Shown here in pieces: positions 23,381 through 36,699 of a DNA stretch of 64,000 nt. This DNA comes from Prorocentrum cordatum. Taxonomy: Eukaryota. Numbering within the stretch: position 1 is the first letter of the stretch; every line of letters starts with the position of its first letter. The position numbers and the translations under genes were made by a program. The notes below the pieces were generated by a model. The model was not told where the DNA came from and did not search any database. It worked only from the letters and a program-made list of their open reading frames with translations. The stretch is from assembly GCA_963575745.1 (NCBI GenBank), contig CAUYUJ010000192.1:558001-622000 (forward strand), written 5' to 3'.

Positions 23381-26274
23381 CTCGCCGCGCCCCCGCCGGG
23401 CGCCCGCACTTCTGCCCGGGGGGGGGGGGTCCACGGCATGGCGGTCGAGGCTTCGATCGGGCATGCCCACCTACAGGAGGAGCTTCAACGAAAAATGAAG
23501 CACGCTCCCAAAGTATGAGCACCAAATCAAGAAAATACTCACAGAAATCGTCCCCTGACTATTTTTTGGCTATTGTTGTGTGTGCTCCTCCTGTAGAGAG
23601 AGGGACAGGCCCGACTTAAGCCAAAGTATTGGCGGCGTGCTGAAGGCATCCGCTCCCGTGCACAGCTCCACCCACCGCTCACGCGCTGTGGCCAGCGCAA
23701 GGCCGCTGGACTGGACTGTGCTGGAGGTCCACGGGGGGGCAGCAACACACGACGAGGCCAGAACAGGGACCACATCGGACCAAGACAGATCAGGGATCTT
23801 TGGGATCTGGCGGCTCTGGAGGCTGTCTCGGGCGCCGCGGCATTCTCTCTGAGAGCGTTCCGGAACGCTCTGGGATTGTTCGGGAACCCTCGAGCTGGAA
23901 CGGCCTTACCCTTGTCCGAGCCGCGCACGACAAGACGCGGACCCTGAACTCCCCAACGTCTGCGCGTTGCACGGAGTGCCCCTGGCCCAAAACGCGTCCC
24001 CAGGATCTCTCAGGAGGCCCCGGCGGCCTCCATACGTAGCGCCCCTCACGAGGCCCAGACGGCTCCCAGGGGCTTCAGAGCCAGCAACCCCAAAGTGGTG
24101 ATCTGTGAAGCGTGCCGTCCTTGAGAGACGGCAGCGACAAATGCTGAAACCTGAATGTGCGGGCAGGGAGTCCATAAGCGGCTCACGTGGCAGCCTGTCC
24201 GGTGCCTTCCACAAAAGATGGTAAACTTCGCCATGCCGTACTGGCGCGACTCTCGTGGAAGCTGGATGCAGAACTTGGGCTCGCTGCCGCGTGCGAGGGC
24301 CCGTGCTCACTGTGCAGTGCCGGAGGTAACCCTGCACCAGAGCCAGGACCAGCCCACCTGCAGCTCGCCAGAGATCGTATCGTCCCAATGTCGTGAGGTG
24401 GAACAGACGGAGGATCCTGCGGGTGCGGCAAGCGGGTGCGGCAAGCGGGGCCCTCACGAGCAATCCCTCCGTTGGGTGCAGGCTAGTGCTGAAGGCTGCT
24501 TTTTGGTCTGCACCAGTGGGGCCCCCGCCGCGTACCATGGCGGCGACACCAGGGTAATTACGGCTGAAGGACGTACACGTTGGCTGCGCCGAGGGGCGGT
24601 CCTTGAGACCTTCCGAGCCCAGGGCGAGGCACCTCGGGCCAGGGACACCTTCAGCAACCCCTGGAGCGCAGTGAAAAAAAGGCAACACGTCAGTTACCCG
24701 CCTTGCCAGGATTCTGGGAGACGGGACACTTCTCGAGGCAACGGCTGGTTCCGCTTCGAAAATCGTCGCGGAACGCACCCCTGGGAGATGCCCGCCCCCC
24801 CACAGCGTGGGGAGATCACGACGCAGGCGCCTCGGGCGCTTTTACGCGCTGGGGCGGGCGTTCTCGGGTCCCTGGATAAAAAAACAGCCCCCGCGGGGGA
24901 TGGGGGGGGCAAAGATATCTGGGGACCCATGTCAGGAACAAAAGCACGACACTGGAGCAAAAAGAATGTCGGACCTGACCTCCAACGTGCTAACAAAACA
25001 CAGCACGGTTTTCCCCACCCGGTGCTCAGACCTCCTTGAAGGCCCTCGCAGGGGCCAAGAGGCCGTTGATCAGTCGTCTCAGGAGGAGGTGCTGGCCGCG
25101 TGGAACGGGCCGATGCTTCTGGGGGGCCCTCGCTGGAACAAGGAGGGCCGTCGGCCATCGGGGTGCAGGAGAATGGCCCCCTCAAGGGCCCCAGGAGGGC
25201 GGCGGCCGCAACCAGAAAGGCGTCGGAAAGGCGGGGGGGGCCTCTCCTCGCGTGGCGTCCATGCTTCCCCAGCGGCACCGTCCGGCTGGCGGCGAGGCCG
25301 AGACCAGCTTGCATGGATAAGCGTTGGCTCCCCCCCTTCCCCCCCGCATCGTCCATCACGATCCCGTCGCTCCACCGCGCTTCCTTCCCCCCAGCAGCCA
25401 GACGGGCGCGACAATCCTGCAGCTCTGTGGCTTCTGGGGGATCTTTGTTTTGGTTTTGGTCCGGGGGGGGCCATCAGAAGGACTCTCCTGAATCGATGGG
25501 CGGCGGGGGTAGGGCTCGGATCTCGCCGCGCGCTCGACGCATTCCGAACCCGACCCCCGCCGCCCATCGAGGTGCTGAATCGTTGATCGGCGAAGACAGG
25601 GTTCGGATTTCGTCGCCGATTCTTTCTGGCGCCTCCAGCGCAAGCAGTGCTACACTCGGAGACAAAGGCGCAGAACTGCAAAAAGGACCCTGCAGGCTTG
25701 AATCCCAAGCACGGAGCACACCGGCCGCCCGCCCAGGGAGCACGACGCTGCCCGCCAGCTCACGCCTCCCCGCGGGAGAGTGCCATCGCGCGGCAGCCCG
25801 AAGGGGAACGACAAGGAGGACCCGCTCGGGGGGAAGGGGGGGCCGTGCAGGCCACGTGCCAGATCTGTTGTTGTTGTTGGCTCTCCGTTTTGTTGAAGGG
25901 GCCCTGGGACACACAGATAACAGGATGTTTCATATTGTCCCATATGTCCTGGGCTTTTGTCTTTCCCCCCACTTCCCATATTTTCCCACATTTTCTGGGG
26001 AATCGACGATGAATTGTGTCTGTGTTTTTTCCCTTCTGATTTGTTGTGTGTTGGGCTGCCGTTGTGGTTTTCTGTTGTGGCCGCGGCAAATGTCGCTTTG
26101 TTTATGTCTTGGGTTGCCGTGTATGTTCTGTCTTGGTCGACCGCAACACCCACAGTGGAAAACGGTGAAAAAATTATTCACTGCGTGGGGATCCCCATAT
26201 GTGCATCTCCTTGCTGGCGCTCCCTTGGTGGTGGGACTCGGTGAGGACGAATCTGGATTTAAGTGTGACTGAGC

Positions 26275-27250
<976 letters not shown>

Positions 27251-27252
27251 TC

Positions 27253-28092
27253 ACGGGCTCGTGAGATCAGCCAGGGTGGCTCCCCCTTGGGGCTCCCAAA
27301 TGATGCCCCTGGCAGCGTTTTGTGACCATGAGGCTCTCAAGAGATACATGTTGGGGAGCGCCAAACGGCAATTCTAGCTGAGGCGTCCCACCAAAATCGG
27401 CGCGAACGGGCTCGTGAGATCAGCCAGGGTGGCTCCCCCTTGGGGCTCCCAAATGATGCCCCTGGCAGCGTTTTGTGACCATGAGGCTCTCAAGAGATAC
27501 ATGTTGGGGGCGCCAAACGGCAATTCTAGCTGAGACGTCCCACCAAAATCGGCGCGAACGGGCTCGTGAGATCAGCCAGGGTGGCTCCCCCTTGGGGCTC
27601 CCAAATGATGCCCCTGGCAGCGTTTTGTGACCATGAGGCTCTCAAGAGATACATGTTGGGGGCGCCAAACGGCAATTCTAGCTGAGACGTCCCACCAAAA
27701 TCGGCGCGAACGGGCTCGTGAGATCAGCCAGGGTGGCTCCCCCTTGGGGCTCCCAAATGATGCCCCTGGCAGCGTTTTGTGACCATGAGGCTCTCAAGAG
27801 ATACATGTTGGGGGCGCCAAACGGCAATTCTAGCTGAGACGTCCCACCAAAATCGGCGCGAACGGGCTCGTGAGATCAGCCAGGGTGGCTCCCCCTTGGG
27901 GCTCCCAAATGATGCCCCTGGCAGCGTTTTGTGACCATGAGGCTCTCAAGAGATACATGTTGGGGGCGCCAAACGGCAATTCTAGCTGAGACGTCCCACC
28001 AAAATCGGCGCGAACGGGCTCGTGAGATCAGCCAGGGTGGCTCCCCCTTGGGGCTCCCAAATGATGCCCCTGGCAGCGTTTTGTGATCATGA
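27253..28092 (+). repeat. 152-bp tandem array, 5.5 near-identical copies
   Basis: Units start at 27253, 27406, 27558, 27710, 27862, 28014; the first has 1 extra base and 1 substitution. Confidence 0.98.
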
Positions 28093-28686
28093 GAGAGTGT
28101 GAGTGTGAGCTTAACTTATCTTATCTTATCTTGAAATCTCTTCTTATCATATCTTGTGCTATCTTATCTTATCTTGTAGTATCTTATATTGTCTTGTCTT
28201 ATCTGGTGATTATCATTGGGAGGAGGGAGGCGCGAGCGGGAGGAAGGAGTCCGCGCGTGGGAGGCGTCAGAGTAATAACAAGAACCCCAATCCTTAGGAT
28301 ATGGGGAAAAACGCCCCAAGCGGTTCTCAGAACAACCAGGGGGGGGACCAACGACTTGGAATAATCGGCGATGCATGGCCGACGGATCAGATCGGTGATA
28401 GTAGGGGGCCACATGCGAACCCTACCCCAGTCCCCCCCGATTTCTGAGGGGGAGGGTGGGGTTCACTTCGTTCGGGTGAGCCCCACCCTCGCCCTCAGAA
28501 GTCGTGGGGGGTAGGGGTAGCGTCCGCACGTGGCCCCCCAGATAGGGGCTCCCCACGAGCGAAGCAGCACGTGCCTGGGCGGGGTGGGCTCTCGCGGGCC
28601 CCGATCGTCGCCGACCAGCATGGGCGATTGGGGGGTCGACGCATTCCCCCCCCCCCCCCGTACGGAAGGGGTTCAGGGATACTTAA

Positions 28687-28957
28687 ATTACACCAAAGAA
28701 AAACCCCAATCAATGGATGGTTTTGAACCGTAGGATCGGTAAAGAGATCGATAAAAAGATGGATACGGAAATCGACCAAGAACCCGGGAACCCGGGGACC
28801 AGGAACCGACATCGGCCCGGAACTAATTACCAAAAACCCAGGAACCCGGAACTGGAACCAGGGGAACCCAGCCGGCTACCAAAATCGGCGGGAAACTTTC
28901 GCCAAATCTTTCAATTTCCGCTAGGACGCCTTCAGTGCAAGCACTGATTGGGGAATA
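28687..28957 (+). repeat. About 250-bp interspersed repeat; inverted copy at 33974-34208
   Basis: ctaccaaaatcggcggga...cagtgcaagcactgattggggaa is the reverse complement of ttccccaaccagtgcttgcac...ccgattctggtag. Confidence 0.85.
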
Positions 28958-29040
28958 AATGAATACAAATCCGAAGATTCCACATGCTTGTGCTATGTTC
29001 CCTCCTGACCGCACGTTGCCCGACAGCCGCGGAGTCAGTC

Positions 29041-29104
29041 CTGAAAACCATTGCTGATCGTCACGGCGGTGTCGTTCTTCGCCGCGGCGCGGTGAACACC
29101 GTAC
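29041..29104 (-). CDS. Host gene exon f (YGVHRAAAKNDTAVTISNGFQ)
   Basis: cgggaag|G TAC GGT GTT...TTT CAG|gactga; 64 nt, non-canonical GA donor; the first G completes the split CT|G Leu codon. Confidence 0.85.
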
Positions 29105-29424
29105 CTTCCCGCGCGCGGGCAGCGCACGCCAAGCCCGCCGGACTGGAAGATCGCGAGGCCCGCCGCACCACGGACGCCGCCAGGCCGAGACGGCCCGGGG
29201 CCGAACCAGGCTGCGCAAGTCTAGTTCGGCCTTCGCTCCCTCGTGTAGCAGAGGAAAAACGCCATAAGGCAAGGCATCGGCGGCATCGGCACGGCGTCGA
29301 AGTCGATTCGGACAGGCTGCGCCGGGATGCACAATGGCACCTTGAACACATCGGGCCACATCAGGTCTGGGAGCATCAAAAGGCACCGATACCGCTACGT
29401 ACAGAAGGAGAAAAAACAATAGAC

Positions 29425-29566
29425 ATAAACTTTTGGCGCTCCGCTCGGACCTTTGGGCGGGCCCCCATCCCTGGCGCGTGGAGCGCGCCAAGGGCGGCGC
29501 CGGAGGCGTCGCTGGGGGAGCCCAGCGCGGAGCCAAGAAATCCGCGCGGAGCGCCAAAAGTTTATG
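29425..29566. mobile_element. MITE with perfect 21-bp TIR; relatives near 22250-22380 and 37415-37535
   Basis: cataaacttttggcgctccgc / gcggagcgccaaaagtttatg. Confidence 0.8.
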
Positions 29567-31269
29567 GTTGTGGCATGTTCCTTCTGCTTCCCAACCAGGA
29601 CGTGGATACTGTATGGCAGCGTAAGAGAATTCGGTAACGCAGGGGGGAGCCTTGGGAAGCGTTGTTTTTTCTTTCTAACCGTCTCTTACCCTGAAATCAG
29701 ACTGCCTGGAGATAGGGTTAATTGGCGCGCTCTCAACTGTCCTTGAAAAGCCGGAGGAAAGACTCATTCGCACCCCTGCGGGAACTGCGGGCGGCAAGCC
29801 CAGAGATCCGACGCTCCGGAAAAACTGGAGCTGCCGGTGCGTGGCCGGTTGCAGCCTCCGGGGGCCCTCGCCGGGCCCTGGGACCGTCGATCAGCTGCTG
29901 CAAAACGGCCCAGGGGCACACGGACAAGTATACACACAAATCCCAAGGCTCCCAATATTTTCCTACATTTTCAGGGTTTTCGTCTTCCCCCCAACTTCCC
30001 GTATTTTCCTAGGAATCGACAACTAATTGTGTCTGTGTGTTTGTTGTCCCTCCTGGTACTGAGGGAGAAGAACCGGCCTTGAGGAAGTGGTCTGGACCTG
30101 CAGCGCCGACGCATCGAACAAAAAATGGAGCGGACCGATGTCTGGGAGCAGAAGGGCATGCGAATACGATGCTCACCCCTTGGCAGCGCACGTCGGAGCC
30201 AAACACATTAGCACAATCACCGTACCGTATACCGTTACCCAAGCGTTGTGAGCAAAGAGCGACCGCAACCAAGCATGTAAACGCCGGTCGGCAGAAGTGG
30301 GTAGAAACATGAAGTGGGAAAACGTTGGAAGTAGATTGGGCTTCCGCCCGCCGCCTGAAGAGGCAGGAAGAAGCAAACCAGCCGACCCTTGAAGTAGGAA
30401 GGCGCTCTTCAAGTAGATTGGAATCTGGGAAATTCCAGAAATACACCTACGTTCAACGACCGATGGGCAGCACAAACATCGTACCGTATACCGTTACCCA
30501 GGCGCTATGGGCAGAAAGCGACCACAACCAAGCATGTGCTACAATCATCGGCCTGACCTGAGCAACGACAAATAAGCAGCGAAATCCCTTTTTCCAAGGG
30601 GTAACGCACAAGGAACGCTGCACAAAACATAACGCATAAGGAACGATAAATAACGCACGCAAGCCTAAGGAACGACCGAGCCCCTTTTGAAAAGTAAACG
30701 CCGGTCGGAAGAAGTAGGTAAAAACATGAAGTAGGAAGGCGGATCAAGCAGATTGGGTCCAGGACCTCCCAGAGAATAACAAACCATAGAAAAAGCGTAC
30801 CGGTTCTCGAAGTGGGAAGGCGGTTGAAGCAGATTGGGATCTGGGAAGCCAGAAATACCTACTTTCAACGACCGGCACGCAAGTGTTCTTTTATCCAGGC
30901 CGCGCACTGCATCAGAGTCCCGAGCGCGCGCGCGCGTCGCCCCTGGGCCGAGGGGGGGGGGCCCGACGCGCACGCGGCGCGAGCACGGCCGAGTGCCGCC
31001 GAGACACCGGCAGTCGCTGGAGTCTGCCCCACGGGTGGGTGGACTGAGAGCGCCCACGCGCGTCGCGCCAGGACCTGGAGCCATGAAAGCACGTCGGACC
31101 GAGATGTACAGGGCAGGTTTTAAAACATAGGATCTTCAAAACAAATGAGTTTAAATACATTACTAACTTATGAAAAAAAATATGCATGAACTCATCGTTG
31201 TTTCTGGTACTAAATCCCTACATGTTTACTACATGATCCGCACGCGGAGCATGTAATAAAAGCGGCACT

Positions 31270-31490
31270 GTATTTGGACGCCCGAAATGGGTATGGAGAA
31301 GATGGGCACAATGCCCAACAACAACCGTTGTCCCAAACCAACAACGGCCGCTGTGGGGCAGGCGGCCTTCCGTCTCGAATGGAGACAGGCCGCGGCGGCG
31401 CGGACAGCGAGTCCTGTTCAAGATGAACAGGAACTGCTGTTGGGCATTGTATCCATTCTTTCCGTACCCATTTCGGGCGTCCAGAGTGTC
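31270..31490. mobile_element. MITE/foldback element
   Basis: tggacgcccgaaatgggta / tacccatttcgggcgtcca plus inner tgcccaaca / tgttgggca. Confidence 0.75.
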
Positions 31491-31719
31491 TACCCCCTTC
31501 CCCCAAATTCAAAGCTGACGGGCTTGGGCGGCAGGACAGAGGCCGGGGACAACATGGTGGCACTTCGGCTTTGGGTTTTGGGGGGGAGGGGTGCGAGGCA
31601 AGGGCATTTTGCAGTTGTGGTCGTTATCATGTTGCATCGCCTTCCCGCCATGGGTGTGGACACTTTTGTCTGGGCACCACCGCACCTGCGCCCCTGCGTC
31701 GGCGGCGGCCTGCTATTGA

Positions 31720-31871
31720 GTCGGGCATGTCCTCCTACCGGCGGATTTTGGAAGAAGTCTTTAAAAATACCCAAAACATGATCCAACGTCATCAAGAATA
31801 GTCGGAAAATCGTCCCAGGACTACGTTTTACTCTTTTTTTGAAATTCCTCCTGTAGAGGGGCAGGCCCGAC
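31720..31871. mobile_element. MITE with GTCGGGC...GCCCGAC ends and 4-bp TSD; other copies 23456-23615, 34879-35036, 36058-36210, 52880-52982
   Basis: TIR consensus GTCGGGCNTGTCCYTCTACAGG; TSD TTGA/TTGA here and GTGG/GTGG at 34879. Confidence 0.85.
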
Positions 31872-32394
31872 TTGAGCCTACTTCTCTGCGAGCCATCACT
31901 CTCCCAGGCTCGTCCCCACCCCCCCCCGCGGCAGCTGCACCCCATGCATACGACGACCTCCTCGGGTGCCACGAGGGAGAACCCAGGATCCTGACGGTGA
32001 CCGCTGAAGGCCTCCAGGGTCACACCGACAGAACGCGATGCGACTGCGAACTGCGTGGAACGCCGCGAGGGCGGCGCAGCGTGGGGCCGAAGCGCCGAGA
32101 AAACGACTCGCTTGGACCATGCTGAATTTGGCAAAGTCGCCCGCCAACACGGCCCAAGTGTGAGCGCATGCAAGTTTCACAGGGAAAGCGTGGGCAGGCA
32201 AGCACCTGTGCCTGAGGTCACTCCTGTCGTTGAGAGCGAATGCATGATTTGTTATTCGCCTTGAAACTGTCTAAACAGATGTGCACAATGCCATCCTGCC
32301 ACACGATGACGAGAGGAACGACTTTAAGAGAACGGCGGGGTAATGGAAAGCCCAAGCGGCGCAAGGGGGGCTCGGGAGAGCAGGGTGGAGGCAC

Positions 32395-32428
32395 AGACTC
32401 GTCGCCTCGTCCGTGTAGAAGATGTTGC
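32395..32428 (-). CDS. Host gene exon e (GNIFYTDEATS+L)
   Basis: ctgtcag|GC AAC ATC TTC TAC ACG GAC GAG GCG ACG AGT CT|gtgcct; 34 nt, phase 1 in and phase 2 out; GNIFYTD blade motif. Confidence 0.88.
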
Positions 32429-32560
32429 CTGACAGCGCACTCTCGTCCACAAGTCTATGCACACTGCGCCCGCTGGCAATCCACGGTTAAGGAAGTGACT
32501 CATCGAGGCACTCGACCACAAGCACAGCCGGTCACGTCACGGTAACGTCGGCGTTAGTTC

Positions 32561-32717
32561 TGATGGGCCTGTTTTCCACCACCACCACCAGAAGCTGGAG
32601 GAGGGGAAGGAGGAGGAGGACGAGGAGGAGGAGGAGGAGGAAGAAGAAGAAGAGGGGGAGGAGGACCCCCCTCCCCCCTCCAACTTATGCTGGTGGTGGT
32701 GGAAAACAGGCCCATCG
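32561..32717. mobile_element. MITE TGATGGGCC...GGCCCATC(A) with 5-bp TSD and (GAG)n core; second copy 39644-39788
   Basis: About 40-bp TIR; TSD agttc/agttc here and tgtac/tgtac at the second copy. Confidence 0.85.
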
Positions 32718-33027
32718 AGTTCTAACGCTGCATAGATATTCCGACCTGGAACGGTAACGGCCCTATGAGACGCGCAGGTCGTTCGAGATCCGCAGGGAGT
32801 CCGGGCCACAAGAGCGGCGTTCAACCTCGAACGCCCTTCGCTGGGGCCGCCGCCGCGCCGACGCGGCGCGGCCTCACAGGTCGCGCAGTCCCTGCGATCA
32901 TGCACACACATGCGTGTTTTCACGCGTGAGGCACTGTGCAACAAGTCTGCGCTCCAAGTATCACGCAGGCAGAGTACAGGCAGCCACATGATGACAACAA
33001 CAGGCAGACAGAGTCAAACCCGCTGGC

Positions 33028-33082
33028 CTAGAGCGATGCACAAGCCATAACACTTGGCAGCATTGGCAGCGAGGTTCTTGAC
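33028..33082 (-). CDS. Host gene exon d (VKNLAANAAKCYGLCIAL+G)
   Basis: gagggag|GTC AAG AAC...GCT CTA G|gccagc; 55 nt, GC donor, phase-1 end matches exon e. Confidence 0.85.
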
Positions 33083-36000
33083 CTCCCTCAGGCTGCTGTC
33101 GATTCGCACTTTGCTCCCTCGTGTCACTACCCCACTCGTCCGAGCGGCCACGACTCTGTGCAAGCTAGGAGCAATCCCCAGAAACGCACCGTGAATCCCT
33201 GGACGATCCATGCGAAACCGACACTCCAGACGGCAACTTGATCGCTGCATCTCCTGTGCTGTTCTACACTGCGCGACGCCTCCCTGTGGTCGGCGGCGCA
33301 CCAGGAGGGGAAGGCAGATCGCTCGGACATCCCTTCATCGTGCAGTGTTCGGTTTCGTGCGTGCTTTTCTTGCCAGGGGATCCAGAAGGCTCCTCGATGG
33401 TCCTCGCCGAAGTAACAAGTACGGCCGGACCTAGGCCAAAGAAACATCCTTCGAGAACACGAGACCCTCCGCCGGCCAAAACACACAGAACATCCAAAAG
33501 TACCCTCCCCAAGATGCACAAGAACTGGGGAAACCTAAAGGTACCGACACCGCTACTCCCCGGACCTCTACTGGGGTGCGTTCTGACCAGAATTTCAAGG
33601 CAAATTCAACGGTGACGCGAAGAGTAGAGGTATGGGTACCTTTTCCTCCCCTGGAGAGCATCCAAGAAACACGAAGAACATTAGGGTACGCTCCCCGAAC
33701 CGACCTCGATCTTGTACCTCGGTCAGACGGCATGCACACGTCCGCGCGATGCCAAGAAGAGGCGGGCCTTCTCGCAAGGCATGCACAGGGCCTCGCCTTC
33801 CCCGAGGCCACGGCGAGAGGCTTCTCGGAACGCCAGAAGTGGGCGGCGGAGGAGGCCTGCAGCGACTCTGCGGAGGCCCGCCCGTGCCGCGGACCCTGTG
33901 GACGCGTGCGCAGGAGCCCTCACAGGAAGAGGCCGCGGCAGATACTGAGACGGCGGAGGACACACAGTCGAAATTCCCCAACCAGTGCTTGCACGGAAGG
34001 GGTCCTTGCGGGAATTGAAAGATATGGCGAACATCTCCCGCCGATTCTGGTAGCAGGCTGGGTTCCCGCGGGTTCCCGGTTCCCGGGTTCCCGGGTTCCT
34101 GGTTGCTGGTTCCAGGCCGATGTCGGTGGGGTCTGGGTTCCCGGGCTCCCCTGTTCCCGGTCGCTCTCCTCAGCGAGAACCACTACTTGGGGGTTTCCTC
34201 TGGTGTAATATATATATATACACATATATATATATAGATATACACACATACACACATACACATATATATGTATATATATTTATACATTTATATATATATA
34301 TATATATATCGTAAGGACGGGCGGTAAGGACGCAAATGCCTTGAACGCCAAAATTGGCACTTTTGGGGGCGACGGACCGCCAACACCCTGAAGGGCTGGC
34401 CAGTGGAAACCGCGAGGGACGGGCCGCAGAGGCAAACACGCAAGGGTACCCTGAGGGCATCCGTGCGTCCTTACTACGAGTTTTGACTGCACCTGCACTG
34501 TGCGCCCCCCTTGGAAACGCACGTCCGAGCCGAATACACAGCACACACACACATATGATCACACAATCGTTGCCCAGTCGGTGCGGCCAGAAAACGCCCG
34601 CCATCGAGCGTACACTGCAAGAGCTCCGATCGCGCACGCCGCCTCCCTGGGAGGCCGATGCGCACATAAAATGTTGGCGATGCGGGTGCATTACCGGAAC
34701 AGGTTGACCCGTTGGTCGGAAGGAGTGGGTAGAGTGGTAGAAGCATGAAGTAGAGGGCGCTGGAACTGGATTGGGTTTCCGCCCACCGCCTGAGGATGAG
34801 GGAAGAGGGAAACCACTCGACTTTGGAAGTAGGAAGGCTGCTAGAGTCGATGGGCATTTGGCGATTCCAAAAAAGTGGGACAGGCATGTCCTCCTACAGG
34901 CGGATCGGATTCTGAAAGGAAAGTCTAAAATACTCGGAAATATCTAGAAACAGTCAGGCAGGATACTGGAAAAATCGTCCCCAGGCTATGGCTTGACTAT
35001 TGTTGGAGCTTCCCCCTGCAGAGGGACAGGCCCGACGTGGGCCTGCGGTCGCCCCACACGGGGTCGCGGGAGCCCGGGCCGAGAACACGGAGCCCCTTCG
35101 CCGAGCGGAGAGCCCCAGATCCCCACGGAGGCACCGTCGGGGCGCCGACCCAAGGAACCCCCAAAATGGGGAACGAGGCCCCTCTTTCCTACAAGCTGAA
35201 CCTCGATGCCCCATGGGAAAAACCTCAGGAAGACCCGAGGCACACTGAAAGGGAACGGGGAGGCGATGCGAAGGTGGGGAGGCGAGGAGGAGGAGGAGGA
35301 GGGAGGAGGGAGGAGGGAGGAGGGAGGAGGGAGGAGGGAGGAGGGAGGAGGGAGGAAGGAGGAGGAGGAGGAGGAGAACACCGGAGCCCCTCCCCCACGA
35401 AGAGGGTCCCCTCTTCCGCGGCCCCAGCCGTACCCAGCGGTCGGAAGAGGCAGGTAGAGGCACGAGGTAGGAGGGCGTTGATCCAAGTAGATTGGGTGTC
35501 CGCCGGCCCTCTAAAGAGGGCGGAGAAGGTGAAGCCATTCGATCTTTGGAGCAGGAAGGCGCTCAAAGCGGAGTGGAAGCTGGGACTCCTGAAATACCTA
35601 CTCTCAACGACCGACGGGTACCCGAAACGAAGAGCACTCAAAGGAAGGGAGCCCAGCGGCGAGGAACATAAGGGTGCGCCTCCAATGTTATGATTGCTGT
35701 TAACCATCGTGCGAGCTGTACAGTGAGCGGCTTGAATTAGGAACACTGTTCAAAAGGGGCTCGGTGGTTCCTCAGGCTCGCATGCGCTATTCATCGCTCC
35801 TCATGCGCTAGTTCTTATGTATCGTTCCTTATGCGCTTTTCCCTACAAAAAAAAAGGCTTCGTTCCTTCTTCGTCGTTCTTCAGGCCAGGCCGCTGACTG
35901 CACCGAAGGCGGGGCGGGGGCCTTCTCGGGAGGCCTCTCGGAGGCCTCCACAAGGGGGCCCCCCCTGCGAAGGCCGCCGTCATCCCTCGCGGCCCCCCCC

Positions 36001-36523
36001 CTCGGGCGCGCCGCCAACGTGAGAGCAACTGCCCGGGAGCCCCACGGCTATGGTTAAGTCGGGCGCGTCCCCTACAGGGGGATTTTCGACGAAAAATAAA
36101 ACATACACCAAAAATGTTCCAAAATGGTCAAAAAAAAATGAAAATAAATAGTCCCCAGACTATTTGTTGACTAGTTTTGAATATTCCCCCTGTAGAGGGA
36201 CAGGTCCGACCCGGCCTGTCTCAGCCTCCTCGACCACCAGAAACAATCTCGAGCACCAAGGAAGCACCGAAATTGGAGGGCTTCCGCGTGTCGGGCCCCG
36301 GGAGGCGAGACTCTTTCGACACCGTTTCGATGCTCTCCTGGGTGCTCGAGATCATTTCTGGGATGTGGTCCAGCAGCACGACGGGGGCAGCATGGCCCCA
36401 CGGCAGGCTCGTGTCTTGACTTGACGACCCCAGTGCTGGTTCCTGGCACCGCAGGGATCCTTTCACCTTGAACGATCGGCCTTTCCACTCGCTCAGTATC
36501 GACCGACTCTGGGCCGCCAGCTG

Positions 36524-36699
36524 CGAGGCGGGGACTTATCCATATCCACCGCCTGGGAACCGACGTCCTGGTGCCCCAGCGGGCGGTGGATATGGATATG
36601 TTTCGGCCCCCGGGGGCCCGAATATGTCCATATCCACCGCCTGCCGAGGCTCCGAAAACTGACCCTCCAGTCGGTGGATATGGATCAATTCCCGCCTCG
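36524..36699. mobile_element. Foldback element (33-bp TIR) between 57-bp direct repeats
   Basis: TIR 29/33 identical; direct repeats 36465-36521 and 36706-36762 differ at 3 positions. Confidence 0.8.

Noticed and set aside
23900..25040. About 290-aa ORFs on both strands
   Set aside because: No recognisable motif; possibly decayed TE sequence but unsupported.
27253..28092. Tandem RNA genes (5S, SL RNA, snRNA) or a hammerhead array
   Set aside because: No SL exon, pol III boxes or CUGANGA/GAAA core seen on either strand.
34340..34358. SL-like GCCAATTTTGGCGTTCAAG on the minus strand
   Set aside because: Needs three insertions and has no recognisable downstream ORF or element.
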